Assembly: GCA_034780895.1 (NCBI GenBank)
Contig: JAUZTB010000033.1
Coordinates: forward strand, 23,601,817-23,665,816
Direction of reading: 5' to 3'
DNA: 64,000 bases
Origin: Rhynchobatus australiae
Lineage: Eukaryota
The notes under the pieces are model-generated. The model made no database searches, had not been told where the DNA came from, and saw only the letters and a program-made list of their open reading frames with translations. Of this stretch, positions 13,055 through 25,877 are shown piece by piece (position 1 is the stretch's first letter; the number at the start of each line of letters is the position of its first letter). The translations under genes were made by a program, and so were the position numbers.

Positions 13055-14411
13055 CTGAAAAAGACTGGGAAACCACTGCTGATTCTGTTCCCACTTCACA
13101 AATAACTTGCTAGAGGTGGAAACCAGATTAACCAAGTTTCTGTTCTTTACCCTGATTTGGGATACAGGTGGAGAGTCAAAGATGTCCCTGATTTCTCTAA
13201 TTAAAATTCAGGTATGATGCTGTGATCTCAGTGTGGATATGCCAAATTAATAACTTTTTTACATTGAGGCATGGTTTAAAGAAAACACTTCCAAAACTGT
13301 CATAAAGTGTAATACAGAATTGCTTTAGCTTTTCTTTGCTGCGTTAGAATGGGACAATGTTAAGATTGTTGAAGATTCGCTCACCCATCACGTTGATGTA
13401 TGCATCCAACTCCACTGGTATATTGATTTGTGAGTTGGAAATGTTCACTTCTACCTATGGCTCAGTACACCGAATGAGATGAATTAACATTTGCATACTT
13501 GGCATCAACAGAATCACGTTGACCTCTGCATTAGCTTCAACACTTGTTATACATTTTGAGTTCTGAAGGACTCATTTGGTGAAATGGTTAGGTTTTCTAT
13601 GTGACCTACAGGACATTGTGCTTTGTGAGGGTAGAGTCACGTCAATAAAAACATTGCTGTGAGTTCTGGTTAATTCACTGATGCTGGTGATGTTCTCCAA
13701 TGACTGTTTTGATTTGCATTCTGCCCTTGTGATTATTTTCTCCTTTGATTCTATTCACAGCAGTATCTTGTGGCCTTGCATCGAGTACTCAGTTCTCCAA
13801 AGTTGACAATGATATTAGTTTGGACTGTTTGACATCCTTTCTAAAGCTTTCCTTCCAAGTTGTTTTGATATGAATTCAATGATCTTTGTTTCAGCTCTTA
13901 CTTTACATTTGTTGGCCGGTTCTCAGCATGCTACATTGATAAATTGTTTCTTTTTTTCCTTGCTTTCTACGACTGAATAGAACTGTCTCATACTACTTAC
14001 TGCTATGCAGTCAAAAATGCAGTTGGGTTTTGCTGCTGTGTAGTAATAAGGTGACAATGATTCTCGACCAGGAGTACTTTATTTTCTTACATCACTTGTG
14101 ATTCCAAATTCTGTCATTGTCCTGTTAAGTCTTCAAACTGCTTTTCCCAGCAGGTTGGGATTCAGGATGGCTGGGAATGCACCTTGAATGGCACATGATT
14201 AGTTGTGCCTGTTGCTGACTTATAGTGCATGAACTCAGCAAAGGTGCATTGCACGTGGTGTGTGATACATCGGTTGTGTTACATAAATCCTGTGACGGGA
14301 CTTGAGTTTGCTTTGGGTGGTAATCACACAGACAAAATGTTCAAGATAACAACAACTGTTCCTTGCTCCTTTATTCTTGTTGCCAGTGTAAATTCTGTTA
14401 GACCTTTGTAT
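13055..14411 (-). pseudogene. candidate large (about 1.36 kb) decayed exon
   Basis: taaccacag| and CAG|gtaata; A-rich on the minus strand; long single-frame runs with sparse stops. Confidence 0.45.
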
Positions 14412-15491
14412 CTGTGGTTAATTATACAGACTCATTCCTGAGCATGATGCAGACAACAGCAGATTTTCTTTATTGCCACGCTCAAGACACTTGGCACACT
14501 CATAACTATCACAGTCTTAAAGAGTAAATACACAAAGTTCTTAGAAGGAAATGTTCTGGTGTAGTATAACAATTAACCCACTTGGTACTACTTTGCAGAG
14601 TACTGATTTGTTAGAGGGTCTTGGTCCTGGAGTTGGGACATTCTTCTTCTATTTTAAAAAAAGATATTCACTCTGGCTGCACGCTGTTGTGCCAGGAACC
14701 TGGTGTGATACCCTGACCTCCATCGCTGCTCTCCTGGCAATGAATTGCCCCATGGCTCGGTGTGGGGAGGCTGCTGGTGAGGGCTGCTGTTAGGTAGGCT
14801 GGGGTGAGAAGTATCGTCGTTCAGCACTGAGATGTGGGGCTACTGCTGGGTACTGGCAGCACCTGCAGCATGTCCCAGATCCCATGGTCGCTCTTGCCAT
14901 CTCCTGTTGGATGTGACGGAAGCTGCTGTACAGCTTTTTCTTTGTCTGGCTGCACTGCTCCCTCCAGCTGGGAAGTTTCTCTGTGGTAACAAACAATGGC
15001 CAGTGACCATTGTTGGCCGATTCCTGGCTCAGTAGTAAGCGGCAGCAGGCAGGGCAGTGTTCACACCGAGGTCTACCCCAACAGCGGGGAGGGCAGCAGA
15101 TTCTCAGCACAGCAGCACTGTCAGTAACACATCTTTCTACGTATAAAGCTATAATGGCCCCTTTAGCACTGATTCCATGATCACTCCCGAACAGTGTATT
15201 AAAATAACACTTTACTAACCAGCCATTTCCTGGCAACTTCATTGGTATGTCTGATGGGTCTGAATCACACAAGCATCAAATTACTTCAGTTCTTGTGCAA
15301 GCTCTTTATCGAGTATTGCAGGGCGACTGTCTCCCCCCCCCCCCCCCGGCCCCCATGGTGACCATTGGTGGGTACTCCTCAGACAGCCACAAGTTCAGAG
15401 GGCAACTCCAGATTGGGATTCCATAAGTATGTCCCACACTTTCCATAAGGCACTGAATTCACACCTACCAATCTCTCCCACAATTGCAGTA

Positions 15492-15700
15492 GGACCATTT
15501 GCAGTGCTGTTGGGCCAGAGGGTAAGGAGATTGCACCATTAGGGGTTCAGGATCTCAGGGGATCACACGGCTTGGGCATCTGAACTTTCAAGTTCCTCCC
15601 AGCAAAGCTCAGAGGCCCAAGCCGTGTGATCCCCTGAGATCCTGAACCCCTAATGGTGTAATCTCCTTACCCTCTGCCCCAGCAACACGGCAATTGGTCC
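15492..15700. repeat. inverted repeat, 97-bp arms, 15-nt loop
   Basis: 15492-15588 is the reverse complement of 15604-15700 with 8 mismatches, no indels; 44-bp perfect core. Confidence 0.95.
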
Positions 15701-16242
15701 AAGCCCCAGTCTCCCAACCTTATTTCCCCTTAACTCCCACCCTTCAAATCAGCTCACCCACCCTTCATACTCCCAAGGCTATTCCCCCCCTCTGATCACC
15801 CACCGTCACACAACCTTCTAAACCCCAATGGAACCCTGATCTGTCCTCCCTATGGCTTCTTACCAAATTGAATTCCTCAATGTTCCCACTGCACTCCCTT
15901 CCTCCACAACCACTCCCACCTTCTAATACTGATAGCATTTTACTGCAGTTGTTATAACTTGCAGTCAGATCAACATTCCTCAGAGCAATCAATCATTGTG
16001 AGCTTTACTGGTTGCATTTCATTGCCAATGACCTTTTCTAGCTCTGGCGTTTAAAACTGTACTTAGGGTAATGCCTGTTTTTGTTGCCAATTTTCATTCT
16101 GCCCCTAAAAATGCAGAGGTTCACTGAACAGAATCTCATTCGTGTCGTTCAATCCCAAGCAGTGAGCTTTGGCAGCACATTGAAAAATAAGCATTTTCAT
16201 TGAACCTTTGGGAAAGGCAGCTGCATTGGTGCATGTGATAAC

Positions 16243-16465
16243 CTGCTGAAAGGCTTGACCATTTTCCAACTGAAGCAGGAAAGGCTGGAAAAATGACACT
16301 TGCTCCAAACAAAGATGCATGGCAAAATATCTTTGGACTATGAGCCATGCCTTGGTCATTGATACAACATCACGTAGCATTCCACTGACACCGCTACAGG
16401 CCATTGAACTCTGATTATCAAGTAGATCTCTAGGCTCTTTGCAAACTGAGAGAGGCTCTCCCTTC
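16243..16465 (-). pseudogene. candidate pseudo-exon (223 nt, phase 2-0, open)
   Basis: gtttataacag|; KGEPLSVCKEPRDLLDNQSSMACSGVSGMLRDVVSMTKAWLIVQRYFAMHLCLEQVSFFQPFLLQLENGQAFQQ; donor CAG|gttatc. Confidence 0.55.
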
Positions 16466-17455
16466 CTGTTATAAACACTTTATGAGTGGACCAGTAATTA
16501 AACATAGTCTTGGACCTATTAATGCAGTAAGTACTGTGGGTGAATTTTTAAAAAATCCTTTATGTAGTGGACTGGTGTACACAGTTACATGCTCTCAATG
16601 TCGTCTAAACATTACTGTTGGAGACAGCTTTCTAATTACCTTCTAATTACCTGTAATTCATAAGCAACATTTCTTCTAACAGGAAGCACTCAGCTAGTTA
16701 AAAGAACATTTGCATTTAAATAGTCTGAGGCACCCGTGTGAGTGCTCAGTGGATGCAGCAGCTGGACACCAATGACCTTTTCAATCACTGGTCCTCCACT
16801 GAAAGTGTCATCTTAACCCTGGAGGTTGCAGGTGTGGGAGAGGGGCAGGGTGTACTGGTGGGAGCATGGGTGGATAACGGGCACTCAACAGATTTTGTGA
16901 ATGGTTAATGGAGGGAGGTGCAGTGGGTACAGTTTACAAGGATAAACAAGTGGAATGGAGGCGGAATTGATCATGGACATGTAGTTAGGAATGTGGGGAA
17001 GGGATGGATCAGGAACTGTAGTTGGGAAGGTGGAGAGGGATGGATCAGTAGTTTGGGAAGTCTCAGCCCTTGATAACTGTCCTTAATGTGTATTGTGCTC
17101 AACATCACATTGCTGCTCCTGTGTACAATGCACAAAAACCCATTCTACTGTATTTTGTTATTCAGCAGTTATATTAGTTTTCTAATAATTGATAAATGTT
17201 AATTATATTAAGAATAAATTAATTATATTGTTTGCTGATTGATTTTACCAATTTAATAGTGTTTCAGTTCTGTAAAACCTGAAGTAAAATAGTTGGGTTT
17301 GATAACCATATCCCTATGATTACTTCTGGATTATGGTTTCATCTAGATAATGGCAAGAGAGAAACTTGGGTCTGTTTAACATTTAATTCTCCAGTCAGAA
17401 TTTTGGCTTCCCTTTTGAAAAGCTTCAAAATCATCAATGGCACTGAATAAGTCAC

Positions 17456-17557
17456 CTGAACCACTGTTTTTCACTGTAGAATTTTTATTGCTGAACCGAA
17501 CTTCTGAAATGTGCCATCTCCTCAGCTGTTCTCAATAATTCCTAACAGATGGATCTC
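17456..17557 (-). pseudogene. candidate pseudo-exon (102 nt, phase 1-1)
   Basis: atgttttag|; DPSVRNY*EQLRRWHISEVRFSNKNSTVKNSGS; donor CAG|gtgact. Confidence 0.4.
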
Positions 17558-18019
17558 CTAAAACATCACACTCACAGTAAAGATTGCTGCATTCTTTCTC
17601 AGTTCATGAAATTAGCAGCGAGTCCATATTGCAAAGGATACTATTGCTTTAATAGTCACGTAGCACCAACCTTGTATGCTTATGAAAGGGCCTCTGTTTA
17701 TATGGCCACCTTTGGACTTACAAACTGAAAACCACAGCACCTGGCTGGCTGTAATATATAGACCAACAAATCAAAGCAAATACATTAGAATTTTTATTTC
17801 TGGAGCTGCTTAAAAGTACATAGAAGATTAATAGAGCAACAGCAACAAAAAAAGTTTGCCTTTTTTAAATTCAACCAATGACTTATTGTTATTGAATATC
17901 TTACACATCCTACCTCTTGGCATTCTTTGCTCATAGTTTTACCACATGTCCAGATTTTATTCCTGCTCAGATTTAAATGCAGAGAGCTTGTTACTTCATT
18001 GCCACCATGTCAAATTTAT

Positions 18020-18785
18020 TTTAGAGTGAATTCAACCAACATATTATGTGAGCAGGGATATTTGTCAAAACAGAAAATTATCTGCACAGCTTTACAGAGC
18101 TGCTGAAGAGTGCAATTCACCATCAGTTCCAGTGTAGAGACTAAGGCGGAAGGATTGGAGGTGGAAACATCCTGCTGGTGGATTTGAGAGATCTAGAAAC
18201 AAATGGGAATATCGAGTGGCTGTTTTGTCACATCCTGAGAAGCAAAGTGGTTGTCAGGAGGGTTGCTCCCACCGTCCCCTGCACTCTGCTCTGTTCGCTG
18301 CCTGTTAGGAGGTGAAGCTGTGACTGGATTTCTCAGCCCACTTGTGCATGGCAGCTGCAGAAGCTATAACTCTGCATGTAGCTCTCCACTGACCCATATG
18401 TGGTGAAGGCAGCTCCTTCTCAGTCGATGCCAGGCTGGTGTATCAGGGCCAATAGTTGTGATTGGCACCAGCTCACAGTGCCAAATGGTAAACTGACAGC
18501 ATGTGGTCTTTGACACAGTCCCACTCACAACGTAACGTAGCATGACTGGAATATTTCTGAGGGATCTAACTTTGTGGTTTGTGAGGTATGGAGACATATT
18601 GTGGGTACCATTGGTCTGCTGCCTCAGCTTCTTTTGGGATGAGGAGCATGCACAGGTTGTCTGCTGGATCTAGCCACAGTGGGCCACAGATACCTGCATA
18701 AGCTTGTGGATTGGCACAGAGGCCTCACTTGCAGATGCTCCCACATCTCAGCATGAGGGGATTTCCACCAATTCCAGAAAAGGAC
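18020..18785 (-). pseudogene. candidate large pseudo-exon (3' end uncertain)
   Basis: gtttctttccacag|; one frame of roughly 250 codons with 4 internal stops, containing ORF 18364-18597. Confidence 0.5.
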
Positions 18786-19780
18786 CTGTGGAAAGAAACT
18801 TCTGACCAATTGGCTCAAACCTCAGGAGAAACTCGGTGGCAGCAAAGAGGCACGAGGAAGGGACAGAAAAAGCCTCAAATATTAAGTATGTAGTTAACTA
18901 CCACTTCAGTTTTATTCAGTTAGCATCAGAACCTGATGTCACCCGATTGTCCATGTTCTGTTGACTTCTGTGTTCTATACTTGCCTTAAGACTGGTTTGC
19001 AGGGGGTCTAAGGTCCAGAGTGCGCATTAGAGCTGCTTGGTTGAGGCAGATGCTGACAATACCACAGCTTGCCATTGGTGATGTAGCTTGGACTGAGTGC
19101 CAGTGGGATGGGGGGGGTCTGCTCTTTTTGTTTGCTTCCAGATACTTGACATAAGTAAAGACGACTCAAAGCCACCAGTAAAAATCTGAGCTACAATGGA
19201 AGCTTGCAACTTGGCGAGTCTGGCTGCCTTTCCCTCAAACCATGTTTATGAGTTGAGGAGGATAGGAAAACAAAAAGTACCAGGGAGAAAATATACCACT
19301 GTTGATGCTATCTTTGGCATAAAACAACAGACAAGGTAAACATGGCATTCTGTTACCTTGAGCATTATTTACAAGTTTTTAACCATCATTTTAAACAGCA
19401 GTCAGATTTTAATAAGAATCCAATGGAAGATAAGTAGACAACGGCCATGTTTATTCCTTGTTTATTTATTCCTTAAATAAAAAGGAATTGGATGTACTTT
19501 GTAAGGTCAACAGTGTAGTATTGACCATGTGCCACTGTGGGTAGGGGCTCTTGTTGTGAACCAGTGATGTCAACAGGAAGGTCAAACTCCTGAGGCACTA
19601 AATGTTTGGCTACAAAATGTCCTGCAAGCCACAGGAAGTGGCACAGGCAGTATTGCCTTAAACAGCAGGTGATGTCACTGTAAAACAGACTTCTGACAAA
19701 AGGTAATCCAGATTGAAAAATAAAGTGGCTGCAAATGCCGGTGAATGTGTTGCTGATATGACTTCTCTGTGGTTTTGCAG

Positions 19781-19927
19781 GTGTGCTCTCCCTGCCGGCC
19801 CACTTCAGCTTATACAACAATGGGCCATCAGCCAAGGATGGACGGGCTGATGCTTACGCCCAGCTGGAACTCCGGACCCTGGAGCAGTCACTACTGGCAA
19901 CGTGTGTTGGGAGCATTTCAGAGCTGA
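19781..19927 (+). CDS. ABTB2: ABTB2 exon 2 (147 nt)
   Basis: ttttgcag|GT..., [48 protein letters not shown], donor A|gtgagt; phase 1-1. Confidence 0.95.
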   Translation: MCSPCRPTSAYTTMGHQPRMDGLMLTPSWNSGPWSSHYWQRVLGAFQS

Positions 19928-19980
19928 GTGAGTTAGTTGCTCTTTGAATGTTTCTCTCTTACAAGATGTGCCCGCATGCA

Positions 19981-19983
<3 letters not shown>

Positions 19984-20043
<60 letters not shown>
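19984..20043 (+). repeat. (AC)30 microsatellite
   Basis: Direct read, 56 nt downstream of the exon 2 donor. Confidence 0.98.
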
Positions 20044-20045
<2 letters not shown>

Positions 20046-20483
20046 CCATTTGAAAGTTGTTTTGTCACTATATTTGGTCTCCTGAGCAGATTGCCACTCT
20101 CGAGTTAGGAACAGACAGACAGCAGCCTCCTGGCCTCAGTTCTTTCCATTCATGAACTGGGAAGGTACGAGAGGGAATTGAGAGTGACTTTGTCTCCCTC
20201 CCTTTGGGAAAGTGCCTGCATCCTGTTCTATAATTTCCTCCTGCTGCTGATTTAAAAACTGAATTCAAAATATGGGGAGTTGTGGCAAAGAATTCATTCC
20301 CTGGCAATCTATCAGAGTCTTTGAATGCTGCCAGTTCCCCTGTGGCATTGCTCCCAGTAATATAAAGGATGCAGTATTTTATAATGACAGGAATGTTACT
20401 AGAAATAGCCCACATGAACTCTCAAGACTATTCCGCTATTCAATAAGATAATGATAGAATCCTGGAAAACGTGCTACATTAAA

Positions 20484-20810
20484 GGGCAGCACAGTGGTAC
20501 AGCGAGTGGAGCTGCTGCCTCACAGCTCCAGGTTCAATCCTGACCGGCGGTGCTCTCTGTGGTTTGCATGTTCTCCCCATGGCTGAGTGGGCTTCCTTCA
20601 GTTTCCTCTCTCAACCAAAAAATGCGTGGGTTGATAAGTTAATTGGCTACTCTAAATTGCCCCTTGTATGTAGGTGAGTGGTAGAATTGGGAGTTGCTGG
20701 GGATGTGAAGAGAATAAAATGGGTTAGCATAGGATTAATGCAAAAATGGGTGATTGATGGTCAGCACGGACTTGGTGGGCCAAAGAGCCTGTTTCCATGC
20801 CAATGATTAT
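20484..20810 (+). mobile_element. tRNA-derived SINE, same family as 6010-6372
   Basis: gggcagcacagtggtacagc...ggttcaatcc head, taaattgcccct core, tail gggccaaagagcctgtttccatgc. Confidence 0.8.
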
Positions 20811-21297
20811 GACAGAAGGAGGCTATTCAGCCCATCCTGTCTGTGCTGCTCATAAAAGAGCAACTCGGCCTAATCTCACCCTTCACCGAGGTCATGGTTC
20901 TTTGTGTACTTTTTAAGTATGATGAGTGTTTCTGTCTCCAGCCTTTCAGGCAAGGGGTTCCAGACCCCTACCACCCTCGGGGAGAACCCAACAAATCTTT
21001 CTGTCATTGAAAGCTTTTCTCCTCACTGGCAACCACACAGCCACCTTCAAACATTTTTACATCTAAATCCTCCATTTTAAACAATAGCACAATCATAGCA
21101 GTTCTTCAGTCCTGTAACATTGTTCAGAGGATGAAATATGATGATTAGAGCCTCCACAATTTCCGTCCTTTCTTTTTTTAACAGCCTGGGATTTATTTCA
21201 TCCAAGTCTTGGATTTTGTCCACTTTCAAAAACATTTCCTCTTTTACTATGATCATCCAATCCAATATTTCACATTGACATATATCTCCTCCTTTTG

Positions 21298-21334
<37 letters not shown>

Positions 21335-22930
21335 CTACATCTGCAGTCCTCCATTTCCTAAGTAGTTTACCTCTTTGGTCCCTCAGAGGCCTTACTCTCT
21401 CCTAGCTTGTCCTCTTACGCTTTATATACTTAAAACATTGTTGGATTTTCTTTGACTTTACTTGCCAGCGTTTTTAAATACCCTCTCATTGCTTTTCTAA
21501 TTTCCATTTTAATTTCACACCTACACTTCCTGTATTCTAGTGGGCTTTCTGCANNNNNNNNNNNNNNNNNNNNNNNNNNNNNNNNNNNNNNNNNNNNNNN
21601 NNNNNNNNNNNNNNNNNNNNNNNNNNNNNNNNNNNNNNNNNNNNNNNNNNNNNTGGGCTTTCTGCAATATGTAGCTCTCGGTGTCTTGTTATAATCATAT
21701 ATTTTTATGCCTGCCTTACCCACTATGCACCTTTTCACCAGGGGACGTTAGATTTGACAGCCCGCTCTTTTTTCTTTGTGGGGACCTGTTCACCCTGGCA
21801 CTCTGGAATCTCGTTCTTGAGCATGTCCCGTTGTTCCGACACTGGTGTACCTCCAGCTAGCTGTTCCCAATCTGCTTTTGCAAAATCATTTCTTTGCTAG
21901 TAAAATTATCTTTCCCCTAATTCAAAACCTACAGTCCTATTTTATCTTTGCCCTTTTCTTTGACAATGCTAAATCATTTGGAGATTTCTCTAACATATGC
22001 TGCCTTCTCACAGCTGTTTCTCGAACCAGTATTGCCAACACCCACCATCCCCCCTGTGTTTTTTTTAATCATCCTCTCCAACTCATCTGCAAACCTTGGA
22101 AACAGGAACGTGAAGCTGCCACTCTTGCCTGCCTTTAAGCTATGTTTCAGTAATAGCTAAAATATTACATTTCTATGCATGTGTCAGTGCCACCTTCCTC
22201 TCTATCCTGTTCGGTGAATTCCTTGCACATACAATTAAGCACAGCCAGATTCCTTTTTGTCTATTTTCTAACCTTTGTTTGCTCTAATTTTCTACCACCT
22301 TTCTCAATCTGTGCTCAGCTCCCCCCACTACCATGCTGATTCAAACCCTATCCAACAGCTCCCTGTAAAGCTGCCTGCAAGGATGTTGGTGCTGGCCCTG
22401 TAGAAGTCCTACCCTCACTAGATTGGTCCCAACGCACCAAGAATCTAACGTCCTCCCTCCTGCATCACCCCTCCCACCACACATTCAATTGCATCACCCT
22501 CCTGCTTTGTAATCACTGGCGCTGGTATCAGGACAGATCCGAAACTTACTTTTGAGGTCCTGTTTTTAATTTCTTTCCCAGCTGCTTAAAAGCTGCCTGC
22601 AGGATGTTGATGCTTTTTCTGCTAGTTGGTGCTGAAACAGATCACTCTCCCGCTCCAGAATGTTGTGTAGCTGCTCTGTAACATCCTTGACACTGGCACC
22701 AACAAAGCAACGTACCATCCTGGATCACATCTGCAACTGCAGAAACATCTGTCGGCTCCTGTGACAATTCCCCAGAACTGTGGTTCACGTGACATTTATG
22801 TCCTCCCTCTCCACATTGTGCAATGGTCCCAGTTCTAGTTGCACTCTTCAGGGGAACCCTCTTCCCCACCACTATTCCAAACCGGTTAGGGAGCAAGACT
22901 CCATCAAGGGTCTCCTATACTGTCTGTCTG
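20811..22930 (-). mobile_element. fragmented CR1-clade LINE (interrupted by a CA repeat at 21303-21328 and an N gap)
   Basis: Minus ORFs: VDKIQDLDEINPRLLKKERTEIVEALIIIF and EIRKAMRGYLKTLASKVKENPTMF; 5' boundary approximate. Confidence 0.75.
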
Positions 22931-23164
22931 CTCTTTTTATTTGATTAACCCTTGTACCTTTTAAGTCTCAGTGTTGAATGTGTCATATTACACAATACGA
23001 AGCATGATTTATTGCACCATAACAAGGTGCTTGTACCAGTATTGAAAACCCTTTCCTAATGGGCACACCAGAGGTGCTGTCTCTAAGGTAAAGTAAGGCC
23101 AAACTCATCCCATCAAGAAGAGCTACAAAATCCAACTATTGTAAATAGTCATGGCTCAGAACCA

Positions 23165-23420
23165 AAGAGCAAAATACTGTTGATTCTGAAACTCTAAAAT
23201 CAAGAACAAATATGCTGGGAATTTGCCCTGTGCTAGGCAGTATTTGTGGGGAGGGAAATGGAGTTATCGTTTCAGGGCAATGATCCTTCACCAGAATGGG
23301 GAAAGTTAGAGATTTTCCTTCAAAAGGATCTCCTAGTTCTGATGTAAGGTCATCAACCTAAGACGTTAATCCTGGTTCTCTCTCTATGGGTACCACCTGA
23401 CCTGTTGAGTATTTCCAATA
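23165..23420. mobile_element. short palindromic element (family of 2790-3006)
   Basis: Same inverted halves: ggcagtatttgtggggagggaaatggagttatcgtttcagg / aacctaagacgttaatcctggttctctctcta...cctgacctgttgagtatttcc. Confidence 0.6.
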
Positions 23421-24145
23421 TATTCCAGAATCAATTCGAGTCTAGTTGCTTCTATAATTCCCTGGCTCAAGTATATGGACAGAGGACAGATTGATATTTG
23501 AAGAAAAATGGCTGGAAATAAATTTTCTTTTTATCCTTTTGAAGTTCCTTTTTCAGTGTTCACCGCCCATTTGAGTACAAATCATTACTATTTGGTGATT
23601 TGATATTTGAGCCAATAAAATTGACAATGTCAGTGGTTGAAAGGAGACAGATGACTAAGGTATCCATTGTCCAAATACTGATTTTCTGTAAATCTCTAGT
23701 TTTGTTGCCCTATAACTTACTCCCTAGGCTGTGTGCCACTGATGCCTTCCAGGCCTCTGTCAATGGTGTTCTGTCCCAGCTGTGCAGAAGTGTTTAAGAT
23801 GAGTCCTAGTTTAACTAACACTGGTAACTCAGGAGTGAAATAAATTACAAGCATTAGTAGATGCTCTAGTGTACTGTGAGAACGTGTCAATGCTCTAAAG
23901 CACCATACATCACTGTGCCATCACAATGCAAACATGTTGCATTTTAACTTGGGATAGAAACAGATTCTAAAACTGAGCAAAGAGTCGAGGCCAAGGCTTG
24001 GGAGACCCCAGGATTCTTTGTTGGTGTGAAGGAAGTACCTCTACTGTTCCTGACCATGAGTTTTCCCACAGAGAAGTGATTCCATAACACTTAGCCTGAT
24101 CTTTCCAGCCACACCACAAATGGCTCTGTTGTCCTCTAAAATGAA

Positions 24146-24438
24146 GTTCAGGAAGCTTCTACCTCACTGTGATAAGACTATTGAACAGTTCCCTTATACA
24201 ATGAGATAGATCTCATGATCTATCTTGTTGTGACCTCTCACCTTATTGCACTGCACTTTGTCTGTAGCTGTGACACTTCACTCTGTACAGTTATTGTTTT
24301 TACCTGTACTACATCAATGCACTCCGTACTGCCTCAATGTAACTGCACTGTGTAATGAACTGACCTGTACGATTGGTTTGTAAGATGAGCTTTTCACTGT
24401 ACCTTGGTACAAGTGACGATAATAAACCAATACCAATA
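24146..24438 (+). mobile_element. 3' end of a young non-LTR retroelement with CCAATA tail
   Basis: Ends aataaaccaataccaata; near-identical reverse copy at 40908-41015. Confidence 0.75.
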
Positions 24439-25877
24439 TAGTACTACTACTGACACTATGCTGCTACTTTAGGTGTAAGAGCACTCTTCCTGTGGCAGAG
24501 TGAAGTAGGTTAAGAATAAGGAGAATGGGAACCCCTCTCCCTCTTAATCCCACATCACAGACACCATTGAATGAGGTATTGGTTAGTGAGGAACCCAGTC
24601 ATTAAACTCTCCCTTCCTGTAACATAAGGCCATTCCTTTTTTGATTTATTATCTCATCTAAGAATTTCCAATCTTCTCACACTTCATTAAGTGCTGAGTT
24701 ATTGCTGGACATTTAGAAGCTCCATCTTTCATGGGAGGCAGTAAAGCAAGGCCCCATCTGGTGGTTCATGTGGACATAAAAAATTCCATGATTCTTCTTA
24801 AAAGATGAGCAGCAAATTCTCCCATTGTCAGAATGCATCCCCAACCTGTCACCACAAAAACAGATTAACTGCTCCTTCATCTCACTGCTGTTTCTGAGAT
24901 TTTGTGTACAAATTGACTGCCAGACTAATCTACATGACAACAATGGCCCTTCTGAAAAACACATTTATCTCACTATGATTCTTTCTGCCTTCAAGCCATT
25001 TCTTCAGTCATGCTTTTGATTTCTTTCCTCCTGCCAGCTTCATCACCATCCCCTCTGCTCAACCTTCTGACATAAGACATTCCATATCTGTAAGGGCAAT
25101 TGTTATGATGAACGAGACACAACAAAAAGGAGCAGCGCACCTTCAGCAGCTGCATCACTTTTTAGGTTCAAAGACAATGAAAAAGACAGGTTGAACGCCG
25201 AGATAAATAGCCCAGAGGGTAAATTCAACAAGACTCTGTTTCCAGAGTGGATCCAGTGTTCTGTGGTCATATTCTTAACACCAATTTTGGTCCACTCCAG
25301 CTCAATTCTACTTTGGCAATACAGCCTGTGTCTACAGCAATGAGGTTTTAGACTATACTGATATTACCTCACTTGAAATATGCCAGTTTCATACACAGAG
25401 AACAGCAGAAAAGATGAACCAGACATAAAGGAGATAAATAAACTGGAATTTGAGAGAGGCTTGAGACTTACGGTTGAAAATATGGTGTGTTTTGAGATAT
25501 ATATGGTTTTAAATATCACAGATCATTTAAATCACAGAGTGATTAGGGCAGAAGAACAGGTTAGTGATTAATATAAAAAAGAACTTGGTGGGGGGTGGGG
25601 AATAACTATATTCAAAAACTTGGAAGAATTGATAAGATGGGAAAATAGGATATCAGGGGAATTGAAGATCCCTTTGGATGCTAGTTTCAAAGGATGCAAT
25701 TGCAGGGATAAATAGCCCGATGGCTATTTTGCTTCCTTTACCTTTACTTTTCCTCGTGTTGTTTTCTCTCCTGCTGTTTTCAATATTTTTGATGTCCCTT
25801 GTTATGTGGCTACAATCTTGACCCAGACCTACTAATAACCAGAAAAAATGTTCCCTTCAGAGTTTTGATAACCTAAC

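Noticed and set aside
14790-15272. 160-aa minus ORF with faint Myb/SANT-like QC..KK segment
   Set aside because: Similarity too weak; only the part downstream of the acceptor at 14980 is kept as a possible pseudo-exon and its frame is unresolved.
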